Positions 37,979 to 47,700 of a stretch of 64,000 nt of DNA are shown in pieces. Position 1 is the first letter of the stretch; every line of letters begins with the position of its first letter. This stretch comes from Podarcis pityusensis (lineage: Eukaryota), in assembly GCA_964106645.2 (NCBI GenBank), contig OZ067042.1. One strand, 5' to 3'. The translations under genes were made by a program, and so were the position numbers. The notes under the pieces were generated by a model. It saw only the letters and a list, made by a program, of their open reading frames with translations, ran no database searches and was not told the DNA's origin.

Positions 37979-39616
37979 TTATTATTTATACCCCGCCCAT
38001 CTGGCTGGGTTTCCCCAGCCACTCTGGGCGGCTTCCAACAAAATATTAAAATATAATAGTCGGTCAAACATTAAAAGCTTCCCTAAACAGGGCTGCCTTC
38101 AGATGTCTTCTAAAAGTCTGGTAGTTGTTTTTCTCTTTGACATTTGCTGGGAAGGCGTTCCACAGGGCGGGTGCACTACTACACACAACGCTAGTTCTTG
38201 TAGCCGCAGGCAGGCAGAAAGGGACTTCAGTGATGATGCTGGTGGGTCAGCTACCACATGTACAGACCCCTTCTACAAAGAAAATGCAACGTGCTTGGAG
38301 AGAGGACAGGGGTGGGGGCATTCTCCTTCAGGCCTAATTTGAGGCATTTCTGTAGGGAATACGACCAGATGATCTGGTGCAATACAGATTCCTCTGGTCT
38401 GCCCCTTGTTGAACCACCTCACTCCACTACCTGAGTGGAAATTTTCAAGTTGGTGCTCTAGGTTTGCCATTGGGTGTTCTTTCATGTAACGATGCAACAC
38501 AATGAGCCTGAGGAGTAAATGTCTATAACATCGGCTGTCTCTCTCCCCCTTCACCTTCCTCGGGAAGCGTGACAATTTGAGGATTAGATTCTAAGTATGC
38601 TGCCAACACTGGGGCAGCCTGAGCACAAAAGAACTCTTATTTGAGACTCCTCATTCCCTCTGTTCCCCATGTTCAGGTGTGCATGCGCTATTGCTCAAGT
38701 AGTCAAAAAGCACTACTCTTAAAAAGGAAGAAATGTTTTTTAAAAAATAGGGAAAAACTCCTGGGGGGAGTCCAAGACAGCTAATGAGAATTACGTGTAC
38801 TCAGTTACCATGGAATTCTGACTGTTTGCCAGGGCAAGGGGGTGGGCAGAATTGGAGGAGGAATGGAGTTTCCAGCGGGAGAGCAATGCTAGTTTGTAAC
38901 CTGAACGGGATCTTCCACCCTGCAACATTTTGTGCAGAAACCACCGTATTTACTATTTGCATTGTAAATTCCTAAACATAGCTTGCCTCCTATTCTTAAA
39001 CCAAAGCTTTTCCCTCAGGACTGCTTCATACAACCATTTAAGTATCAATTGATTTCTCATTACTTATTTACTTGTCACTTGATCGACAGCTGAGTGTGTC
39101 ACTGATTCCAGTCAGAGGTTTTGCTGTGGAGGTGGCAGGAAAGATCAAACATGATTGGCCTGTGGTCACAGGATCATAGAGTTGGAAGGGACCCTGCCAT
39201 CTAGCCCAATCCCCAACAATGCAGGAATATGCAGCTGTCCATATGGGGAGCAAACCTGAAACGTTGGCATTATCAGCAACCAGCTCTAACCAACTAAGCT
39301 GACTCATTCTCACACACAAAAGTCCTCACTTGATTCTGTAGTCAATGAGTGATGAACAATTAGAGCAGTGTGGGAGCCAGCCCTCCTGGATTCATATAGG
39401 TACAGTGAAAAGGAGAGAACCTAATTGGATGAAACCAACTCTTATGAGTAAACATTTCCCCCCCCCTTCCAGTTTTTAGATGTTGTGCAGCTTGTCAACG
39501 AGAAGTCCTGGAAAGTGGGCGATATCTTTCATGCCGTGGTACAATTCTGCAAACTCCATGAAGAAAGCAGAGAGCGGACTCCGAGCCTGTTTGACTGGCT
39601 ACTCGAGTTGGGATAA
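17055..39616 (+). CDS. SPHKAP: SPHKAP (SPHK1-interactor, AKAP domain-containing; SKIP), 5'-partial spliced CDS: join(17055..17114,17767..17901,18409..18664,18972..22734,24027..24209 [or identical 31991..32173],34011..34097,35735..35787,35877..36061,39473..39616)
   Basis: Nine exons with AG acceptors and GT (one GC) donors join in frame to 4866 nt. Recognisable SPHKAP motifs: NCIIFEINKFLIGLELVQE, FAEELAETVVSMATEIAAI, SKQSSCESITDEF, LLVINFDLEPECPDAELR, C-terminal SLFDWLLELG*. Start codon and first exons not found in the window. Confidence 0.96.
17767..17901 (+). CDS. SPHKAP: SPHKAP exon 5 (135 nt, RLIGISPNLPKLISSMNVQ...FEVPQ)
   Basis: cttcag|AGG ... CAG|gtacgg; 45 codons. Confidence 0.93.
18409..18664 (+). 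CDS. SPHKAP: SPHKAP exon 6 (256 nt, CSWLADVCLVQCARG...DEYKN)
   Basis: ctccag|TGT ... AACG|gtaaaa; phase 0-1. Confidence 0.94.
18972..22734 (+). CDS. SPHKAP: SPHKAP giant exon 7 (3763 nt) with AKAP amphipathic helices
   Basis: ttccag|GT CAG ... AGC AG|gtaagt; contains the 1224-aa ORF of the track; phase 1-2. Confidence 0.96.
24027..24209 (+). CDS. SPHKAP: SPHKAP exon 8 (183 nt, LTIHSDPEP...SERSM), first copy
   Basis: aatcag|C TTA ... ATG AG|gtaacc; symmetric phase 2-2. Confidence 0.9.
24960..25155 (+). mobile_element. MIR-like tRNA-derived SINE (duplicate at 32924..33119; relatives near 36220 and 56165)
   Basis: B-box ggttcaaatc; core ccttgggccagtcactgcctctcagcctaacctacctc..ggttgttgtg. Confidence 0.6.
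25250..25512 (-). mobile_element. L2-clade LINE ORF2 C-terminal fragment (duplicate at 33214..33476)
   Basis: Translation LNGLDPAYL..LRSSSKGLL.P..RQRAFLVVVPALWNTFP matches the L2 ORF2 C-terminal pattern. Confidence 0.75.
25791..25990. other. Assembly gap (200 N)
   Basis: Exactly 200 n; a round number typical of a placeholder scaffold join of unknown true size. Confidence 0.99.
26605..26728 (+). mobile_element. tRNA-headed SINE remnant with CR1-like tail (relative on - at ~39174..39302)
   Basis: ggttggtggttcaagccc head; gttggacttgatgaccc..tacaattcta tail. Confidence 0.5.
27404..27502. mobile_element. Right-truncated hAT MITE fused to duplicated SPHKAP exon 7
   Basis: Left TIR CAGGCATAGGCAAACT as in the intact copy at 55677; left flank ctgTAcaa; breaks off after gggagttgta and lacks ~38 bp of the right arm and the TSD. 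Confidence 0.9.
27502..30698 (+). other. SPHKAP: Second, 5'-truncated copy of SPHKAP exon 7 (lacks the first 566 nt and the native acceptor)
   Basis: Same sequence as 19538..22734 at a constant offset of 7964; ORF 27487..30702 translation equals the first copy from ISAGSS onward. Confidence 0.9.
31991..32173 (+). CDS. SPHKAP: SPHKAP exon 8, second identical copy
   Basis: Same as 24027..24209 including splice sites; contiguous without a gap to exons 9-12. Confidence 0.88.
34011..34097 (+). CDS. SPHKAP: SPHKAP exon 9 (87 nt, NGNSSTTSSLGIMDLDIYQENMPSSHTI)
   Basis: cgtcag|C AAT ... ATT AA|gtaagt; phase 2-2. Confidence 0.93.
34634..34705. repeat. Compound (TA)n(CA)n(TA)n microsatellite
   Basis: seen directly. 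Confidence 0.95.
35735..35787 (+). CDS. SPHKAP: SPHKAP exon 10 (53 nt, ELVDENTFHNKMPEKVE)
   Basis: Pyrimidine tract + taag|C GAA ... GAA G|gtaagt; phase 2-1 restores frame to the next exon across an 89-nt intron. Confidence 0.87.
35877..36061 (+). CDS. SPHKAP: SPHKAP exon 11 (185 nt, CASGLSTG...LLVINFDLEPECPDAELRTTLQWIAASELGIPMIYFKKSQENRIEK)
   Basis: cctcag|AA ... AAG|gtacgg; AKAP3/4/11-family C-terminal domain. Confidence 0.95.
37940..38172 (-). mobile_element. L2-like LINE 3' end with (TTA)13 tail
   Basis: (AAT)n 37940..37978 then tttataccccgcccatctggctggg; shares ccttcagatgtctt..ttccacagggcggg with the fragment at 25250. Confidence 0.7.
39473..39616 (+). CDS. SPHKAP: SPHKAP terminal coding exon 12 (FLDVVQLVNEKSWKVGDIFHAVVQFC...SLFDWLLELG*)
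   Basis: ttccag|TTT ... GGA TAA; 48 codons including stop. Confidence 0.95.
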   Translation, partial: FLDVVQLVNEKSWKVGDIFHAVVQFCKLHEESRERTPSLFDWLLELG

Positions 39617-41171
39617 GAAACCTTGTTACACTTGTTTTCATTTTTAATCCATTTTAAGTGGCAGTGATTTGTGAGTGGCCCTCTTTTTCAAAACATCAGC
39701 ACATAGAACTGAGCAGAAATGCACAAACTCTGCCATGGGTCTGTTTTAGAGCTGTGAACAGGAAAGAAACTGGTGGGTGGAAAGGAAAGACCCGGAGTAT
39801 ACAGTTGTATCACATGGGGAACCTTGCGTTGGAGGACAGGGGCGTGCGCATTTTGAATTGACATTTGTGAAAACCGGAGGAAAAAACAATATCTGTTTCC
39901 TGTAATCAAACATACATACATTTCTGTCGGCTATGTGTATTGACTGACAGTGAAATCACACAGTAACAAAGGCATTTTTAAGAGAGAGAGAAAGAGAGGT
40001 TAGTATTTGTCATTTGACTACACTAGCAGTTTGCAGAATTGCGAGGCAAATGAATACGTAGGAGGATATGCCTCTCAATGAATTCTGTGTAATTATGTTT
40101 TCAAATTACTCCAGAAGAATAGAAAGAGGAGCCTGAGCTCTTGAACTGTGTCACAAAGAAGCGACATTCGCAAGCTGTTGAAATTCCTTTTTAAAAGCCG
40201 TTCGCCATTCGGCAGGCGTATATGTTCTGCTGAAAGGAACAAAATTCAGGTTGGCAGGTTTTCATGCAGGTCTTTAAAACTCCTTATCGTGTTGTGTTCT
40301 TTCCCTGCAGTTTTCAGAGGCTCTGTGCTCCAGTGAATGCTAATATTGGACTGCTCATTAACAGATTTGAGTCCCACACACAGCTTTACTAGCAACTCGC
40401 TGTGAGACTGTGGGCAGGTATTGGCATTTCTAAGCCTCCCCTTACTTTTACCTGGAATGGTGATTCACGTCCTTTGTAAAGTTCGTTGCAATCTGCGAAA
40501 GAACAGTTGCTTTTAAAGGAATTCATCTTTACTACTCAAATTATACAAATTGATGCTATGCAGATTTATTCAGATGCTAAGTCCCACTGAGTTCAACAAG
40601 CCTTACTCCAAGTAAGTGCTCATGATTTACAATCATTTGGTCTTAACTGCTGCACTCAAATTGGTTTAGCTTAGGCCAGCCTCATAGACTGTACCCTCAT
40701 AGAAAGGGTGTGACTGTGAAAGCTTTTTATCCTAAAGAGAGAAACACCAAAGCAAGGAAAAAGGGGTGCCTATTAGGCAGGAATATTTGTGCAAACTGCC
40801 TCAACTATTCTACAGAATGTGAAAGTTTTAAGATCGCTTCTGACAGAACCTGGGCTCCAAAATATACTGAGCTGTGATGAATTGTATTAGATGGCACTTC
40901 TGAGAACAAGTTTCTCCTTTTTCATTATTCTTTTTATACTGATGGAATCATGTGATTATCAACACTTTAAAACCAAAATTTTAATGAGGTTAAATGTTTG
41001 GGGTGCCTGTGATCTTTTTATTGCATAAAAACTTGCCTGATTGTCAGTGTACATCCCCAATACCCTGATTTTCAAATAACTAGTAGTTTTTGCACCCATA
41101 CTTAAAACGTTCTTTGGCTTTGGCCAAAAAGACTGCTTTTAATTTAAAGTCAGGAAAGGGAACTGTGTTGC

Positions 41172-41950
41172 AATAAAAATCTTCAGCTCATTACCCACTA
41201 AATATCTCTATTCCAAATTGTTAATATCCTTTACTAGCATCTTTGCAAAGCAGCAATTCTGTCATTTGCTTTTTTGAAAAACAGAATTTCAGTCGTTTGG
41301 CCATAAACAGATTCTGCCTGTATGTTCCTGAAGACTATGAAAGACATCTCTTATTTTCATTAAGATAGTATATGATTCTGTAATGTGTCCAAAAGTAAAT
41401 TGTCTTTTTACACTATTTTTGCAGTACTTCTAAATAAAATTATTAAGAGCCATAATTGTCACCACTGCTTCTGTTAAATCCACTTCCACCCATGCCTGTT
41501 CTTTCGCAAAGGTGACATTTGCCAGCATATTAATCTAAGTGTTCAAGCGACTTTGCTGACTATATAGTTACTCCACAATACATGTAGAGGAGTAAAGGTC
41601 GTGGTTAATAATAGAAAGGCCAATTTATACTGCAAGCACTAGCTTTGGCTGAACAGCACCTGGGTCCACTCTGGAGATGTGCCACAATCCAAAAAGCTTC
41701 TCAAGACCAGTGTGCACTCAGTACCTCTCAGAAAACAGTAGTAAAGTTATGGAGCATTATAGATTGAAATTATACTGTTGGAAAGGTTATTTATTTTTAG
41801 ACCAATTCCAGTTAGTTGTGTGTTACACAGACGTTTTGCGGTGGTAGAATAAATGTTTACAAGCACAAATAACATAGCTAACATGTGAAAGTGTGATGCA
41901 ATTCCTTTCTGTATGCTACTTTTTAGTATTGCAGCCTGACTTGAAATAAA
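41172..41950 (+). terminator. Candidate SPHKAP polyadenylation signals (AATAAA at 41172, 41433, 41848, 41945)
   Basis: Four AATAAA hexamers 1.5-2.3 kb after the stop; the one at 41945 is followed by a GT/T-rich tract. The site actually used cannot be determined from sequence. Confidence 0.45.
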
Positions 41951-44343
41951 TTTATGTTAACAGTCTGTGTCCTCTTTGCCTTTGTAAAACCTAATTTTGA
42001 ATTAGCCTTTCTACACAGTAGAGAGGACATAAAGTATTTTCATATAGCAGCTCAGCAAGAAAAAGGATCAGTGTGTGACATCAGACAAAAAGGTATTTTA
42101 CAAAAGTTCTGAATTGCTGTGAAATGCATTTGGTACAAGCTGAAGGGAATACATGGAATTGGAATGCCAACATACCCTAAAGGCTTCAGTTTTCAAAGTA
42201 GCTGGTCACCTGTAGCTTGAAGATTGATGGAAGGCCGCTAAAAATACATAATCCAAAGCACAAATATCTCAACATTTAGCAGGAGCAGGCTATGAGACCA
42301 GAATTCTTAATGTGTGGATCAAATAGGGAGACATGTACGTTCAAAAATGTATCCCAAAAGACTATTTCTGATGTATGCCTTCATCTGAATTGGAAGCCAA
42401 AGAAATACTGAACTGCTCTTGGAGTTTTAATCTTAAAAAGATAGACAAACAAGCTTTTAAAGAGGGAAGCGGGGAGCATTTGAAGTTTTTTCTTTTTTAC
42501 AAGAATAGTGAAATATCAATTAATTTTTATATAAAATTAAATCCATATAATTCTAGATCAAAACTGCACAGCTTGTGTCTCAACAGGCCCACCAAACATA
42601 GCAGCTTACCCAGGGGAGGCTAATTTGTAGCCCTTCGGTGTTATTGTACTGCATCTTCCATGACCACTAGCCATACTGGCTGCCACTGATGGGAGACTTA
42701 GTTCAGTGACTTCCAAACTCCTGCATTAGGGGTTTAATAAGCCTGTTTTATGTGGGGCAGCAAACTCAAAGAGTTATTAAACACCCCATAGTATGTTGTT
42801 GGTGGACTACACTTTATGGACCTCTTTAAGGTATTGACATTCTAAGCCATCACTGCTAATGCAGCTGCACCTCACAATGCTGATCTGGCCCAACTCAAGT
42901 TAATAGGTGCATCTGAGTTAGAGGAGGTAACATTTCTGATCCAGAATAACAGGTGCACATAACAAAGTGCAAGTAGAGCTGGATCAGAAGAGAACTATCA
43001 AAAAGGGGGTTTCACCAAAACACATGTCTGAGGCTCTAGCAATGTAACCCTGAGTTAAAGGTTACCTCGCCTCCAATAGGGGGGCTTAAATACTGTAAAT
43101 GCCAATAGCTTCAAAATATTGTGAAGTCTGCAACAAAAGTTTTCTTTCTCGGGAAAAGTATCTGCATATTTCTGAAAAACAAAGCTACACTTTCCAGAGC
43201 CTAAAGGTATTGTGCGTTGCTCTGTAGCAAATACCAGTGCTTTGCTTCATAGCAGATCACACCTAGCACTTCCACAGGCTTCATGGGAGGTAAACCATGC
43301 ATAATATCAGAGACTCCTTAGGATAAAGCTGAACAGGGAAGTCAGGCTAGATTATATTTCAGTTCAGTTGACATTTTCAGGGCAACACAGCAAATAGGTT
43401 CTCATACTGGGGACACTAGGAATTCAAAAACACTGGGAAGCTAGATTTCATGCCAGTACCAAAGCAGCATCTGGATATTCAGGTATACACACATGCTGAG
43501 GCAAATCACTTTAATCACTTACTGCAATTAAGAGGACAAATGGGATTGGAGAAAAAAGGAAAATGGATGTGAAACGACAAGATGAAAAGCTGTAAACTAA
43601 ACATCAACAAATCATGGTTCATACATTCGCAAAGGCTTGATTAAAAAGGTGTGAGCCCCTCTCCTCTATGGTGCAAGCTACTTCTCCAGTGTGGGCCAGA
43701 CAGACCTCTTATTGAGGCCCAATTTTCATGTAATCATTCCTGCTCAAAGTGGCAGATCACATGAGCCAGGCTTGAGATTGGGCACTCAGTTCACAAGGGA
43801 GGGGTAGGACTTTTGCAACTTCCCCACCATGACACAATAGTACCACTCCCAAGCTAAATGCATGAACCCATAAAGTGTTTTACACTCCAGAACCTAGATA
43901 ATATATAATATTTTTATTCATATAGCACAAAGGAAAAGGTTAAAAAGTGAAGCATCCTTTGTAGCAGTTGAGAAAAACATTTACCAAATGTTTGGTGCAT
44001 ACCCACTACCATCCATTATGCTGCTTCGTAGTGTGTGGCCTGAAGTTTAGGAACTAAGTGATTTACGCTGAAGATTAATATTGCATTTCAGATACAGTTT
44101 TTAAATATATTGTTAGTCACTCTAAGGCTTCAAGATGGAAGAGACTATAAATCCAATATGTAATAAGTTTTTTTTTAATTTGATGAGTAAATATAGAGCT
44201 ATATGGCAGATTTTTATTTTTTTTTAAGTTTTAATAAGCACTTTCTTCAGAGGTTTCAGAGAATACTTGAACAGAGAGTTTTAATATATGCTCAACTGTT
44301 AATACTACATAAAGAGCTGGACTTTTATAGTGTTTTAAATATT

Positions 44344-44349
44344 TTTATT
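44344..44349 (-). terminator. Candidate DAW1 polyadenylation signal (AATAAA on -)
   Basis: tttatt on + about 380 nt past the DAW1 stop; further candidates near 44213 and 43913. Confidence 0.4.
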
Positions 44350-44728
44350 AAATAAAAATGAAGCATAGTAAAAATCATCCAACCAAATGTGAGAGGCATT
44401 CAAGTAAGGCAATGCATTGCTAATAAGATCACGGTGCTTCCCTCCCCCTTTTCCCCACCCAACCGGCCTAAAAACCATTACAAAGAAAACAATGCCACTT
44501 GTCGCAACTAAGTCACTAACACATATATCAATGCTATTAGAGTAGAACCTATCACATAACTAGCTAACATTGCTAATTTCACGAGTCCAGGAAATAAGTC
44601 TACTTCAGTAACATTTTTAAAAAGGCAAAAGCAGAAAACAGGTTTTTGAAGGGCTTAGTAGTTATTGCCTGTATAATAAGCTCCTCATATAAAAGCCACT
44701 GGGAAGTCAGGTCAGAGATTGTCCTCAA

Positions 44729-44763
44729 TTAGCGCCATATCCTACATGTATTATCCTTGCTAC
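44729..44763 (-). CDS. DAW1: DAW1 terminal coding exon 13 ([10 protein letters not shown])
   Basis: ttctag|GT AGC ... CGC TAA. Confidence 0.94.
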
Positions 44764-47700
44764 CTAGAAAGAAAAGTAATAGATTAACATTTCAAACGTC
44801 ATTCATATATCTATAATATAAAACTACAGCTTCCTGTTATTTGGGGCAGGAGATATTTCAAATACACCTCTTGCTCTCAAATTCATTGGCAATCTTGTCT
44901 TCCAACTCTGACGCAGTTGAATGAATTAGAGTTTAGCAAAGGACACTTTGCAAACTTCTCTCCTTCAAAAGAATGAGACAACACAAGCTTTGTATATAGA
45001 ACTTCCCAAGTTGAAGCCCAAATATCTCTAGATCAAAAAGATCTCAGGTAGGAAGGCTGAGAAATTTCCATGCTTGAGATCTTGGAGAGGCACTTAGTTT
45101 CAGAAAAGACAGAACTACTGAGCATAAGGCAGTTTCATGTGTTCTGGGCTTTTAACAGGAACCCAACAGGCATACACATTCAAAAGGTGCACCTTTTCTC
45201 ATCACTAAATCACTAAAACAGGAACCCAACAGGCGTATACATTCAAAAGGTGCACCTTTTCTCATCACTAAATCTCTGTGCATCCCATGAATATTTGTCT
45301 GCAATGTTGTTGTTAAAGACATAGAGCTTCTATCAGAAAAAAAGGTGCCAACACAGATTGCAACCTACATATCAGTATCTTGGGGTGAATCCGAGGCCAC
45401 CATCTAAGAATTGCCAACCTAACTCTTGTACAAATTCTAAACTAGTTGTGTTGAGATGCTGTAGAAAAGGCATCTTAAATTTGGCTCTAGGATTACAATT
45501 GCCTTAGTAATGCTGCTATGCCCCCATTCCCCTCTTATTGCAATGTTGGAAAAACACCTCCACTGATGAAAGAGGAAAGCACCACCGGAATCAATGAGAT
45601 ACTAGCAAATAAAATGTATATAGCACAGGAAAATGTATTTAGCTGTTCAAATTTGCAGGTTGCCTTAATGCATCCTCCCAGTGAAAAGTTTAAAGAGCGG
45701 AGCCATATCTATTTGTTGAAATTTCTTGTTCCAATGGCTGTCCCATTCCCCCACCCCACCCTACTTACTTAACCAACTTCTCTAGGCCAGCACTCCGTTT
45801 TGAAACAATTCAACTAGTGTGGAAAAGCAATATGCCACAGAAATAACTGTTTGATCCAAATTTTCAACGGAACTGGACTGAATGAGGTATGACAACAGAC
45901 ACCAGGAAACTGTCCTTATTTGACATCACTTTAGCATAAACAAGTAGAAGGACAATTTTCAATATAGCTGTTAGTTACCTGTAATGATTATATTGCCCTT
46001 GTAATTGAAAGCACACGAAAATATTTCATCAGTGTGGCCTTCTAGTATTTGAATGCATTGTCCTGTCTGAGGCTCCCAAAGCCGAGCTGTCTTATCTGAG
46101 CTGGCTGTAAGAATACGACTGCCTTGAGGATTGAAACAGATCTTTTAAAAACAAAGAAACAAGAATTAGTTTTTAAAGAGGCAAGGAAGTGTCATTGATT
46201 ATCTTAAAGTTTGTCCACCATGGTTCACGCAGGTTTGAAGTCTGAGACAACAGCCCCTGAATATATTTTGTCTTCCAGTTTCTATCTACAGGGGTAGATT
46301 CAGAGGCTGGAGTGGGCTGATCAATAATAAACCCTCCAAAGCAAAGAGCTTTTCTGTCTTTCGTCTTAAAACAAGGGTCATGTCACACATTATCCTGTGA
46401 AGTACTTGATTCCAAGTAGACAAATATTCACAAAGTGGCTCAATCATGGGTGGCTTCTGTGAATAAATTCTGGTTTTAATGCTAAACAAGAGCCTTTCAA
46501 AAATTACAACACTTGCTGTACCATATTTTATATTTGGGATTACATTTCTGAGAACTACCGTATTTTTCACTCCATAGGGCGTACTGGATTATAGGGCGCA
46601 CCTAGTTTTTAGGGGGGGAAATAAAGGAAAAAAATATTTATTTCACCCCACCCCCAGCCCCAAAGAGCAAAGAAGCCAAGACAGCGAGCGGGATCCATCC
46701 CGCTGGCTGTCTTGGCTTCGTTTTTAGCCGTGGGGCTGGGGGCGGGGGAAGCCTGAGCTTCCCCCGACCCCAGCCTCCAGAACAGGTCCGGGAGCGAAGG
46801 CGAGGTTGCGCGCAACCTTGCCTTTGCTCCCGGTGCTTGCTGCTATCCGCAAGCCTTCTAAGCCCGGCAGGAACTCCCAGGCTTCAGCGAAAGCCTGCAT
46901 TCGCTCCATAGGACGCACACACATTTCCCCTTCATTTTTGGAGGGGGAAAAGTGCGTCCTATAGAGCGAAAAATACGGTAAATAGTAACTTATGAAACAT
47001 TCCCAGTTCCACAAGCCAGCACAATGACTTAAAGTGATCCAAGACAGTAATCAAGGATCTTGCTCAGGTAGGAAGGAATTGCCACCTCAAGATAATAACT
47101 CTGGGATTATTTAGGATTTATTTATCAAATTTGTATACCGCCCTTCATCTGAAAATCACAGGACAGTTCACAACACAAAAATACTAGATGAAAACACAAA
47201 ATACATGATAAAAACGGAAACAAAAACAAACCAATATCCCCCCTCCCACAAACACACTTAAAAGGCCATAGAATATTCAGCCAAAGGTCTGCTTATAGAG
47301 AAACATTTTGCTTGGAGCCTAAAGATATGCAGTGAAGGCACCAAGTGAGCAATGGAGAGAATAATGAATTACAGTCACATATGCAATGAGGAGTTCAGTA
47401 GCCAAATATAATTGTGATGTTAATATTCAATTAGCGACTAGCCTCATGTTTGAAATCAACATTCCAAAAATTTAAAATTCTTTCTCATCCACCTGCACCT
47501 TTATTCAATAATTTCTGCCCTTTTCTCTCCTTTACCAAATAGGTCAGTTTAAACCTAAGTGTTACTCTGGAGGCTCCTTGCAGTCCTCCAAAGGCCTTAG
47601 TGCATCTCTTTAGTGCATAGATTCATGAGCCACATAAACCGATTCTTGACAGCAGTCCTTTAACCTTTACCTATTGCTGCCTCTCAACTTAGGGACACAT

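Noticed and set aside
37875-38342. 155-aa ORF with a poly-Ile tract
   Set aside because: Translation of the (AAT)n tail and L2-like fragment
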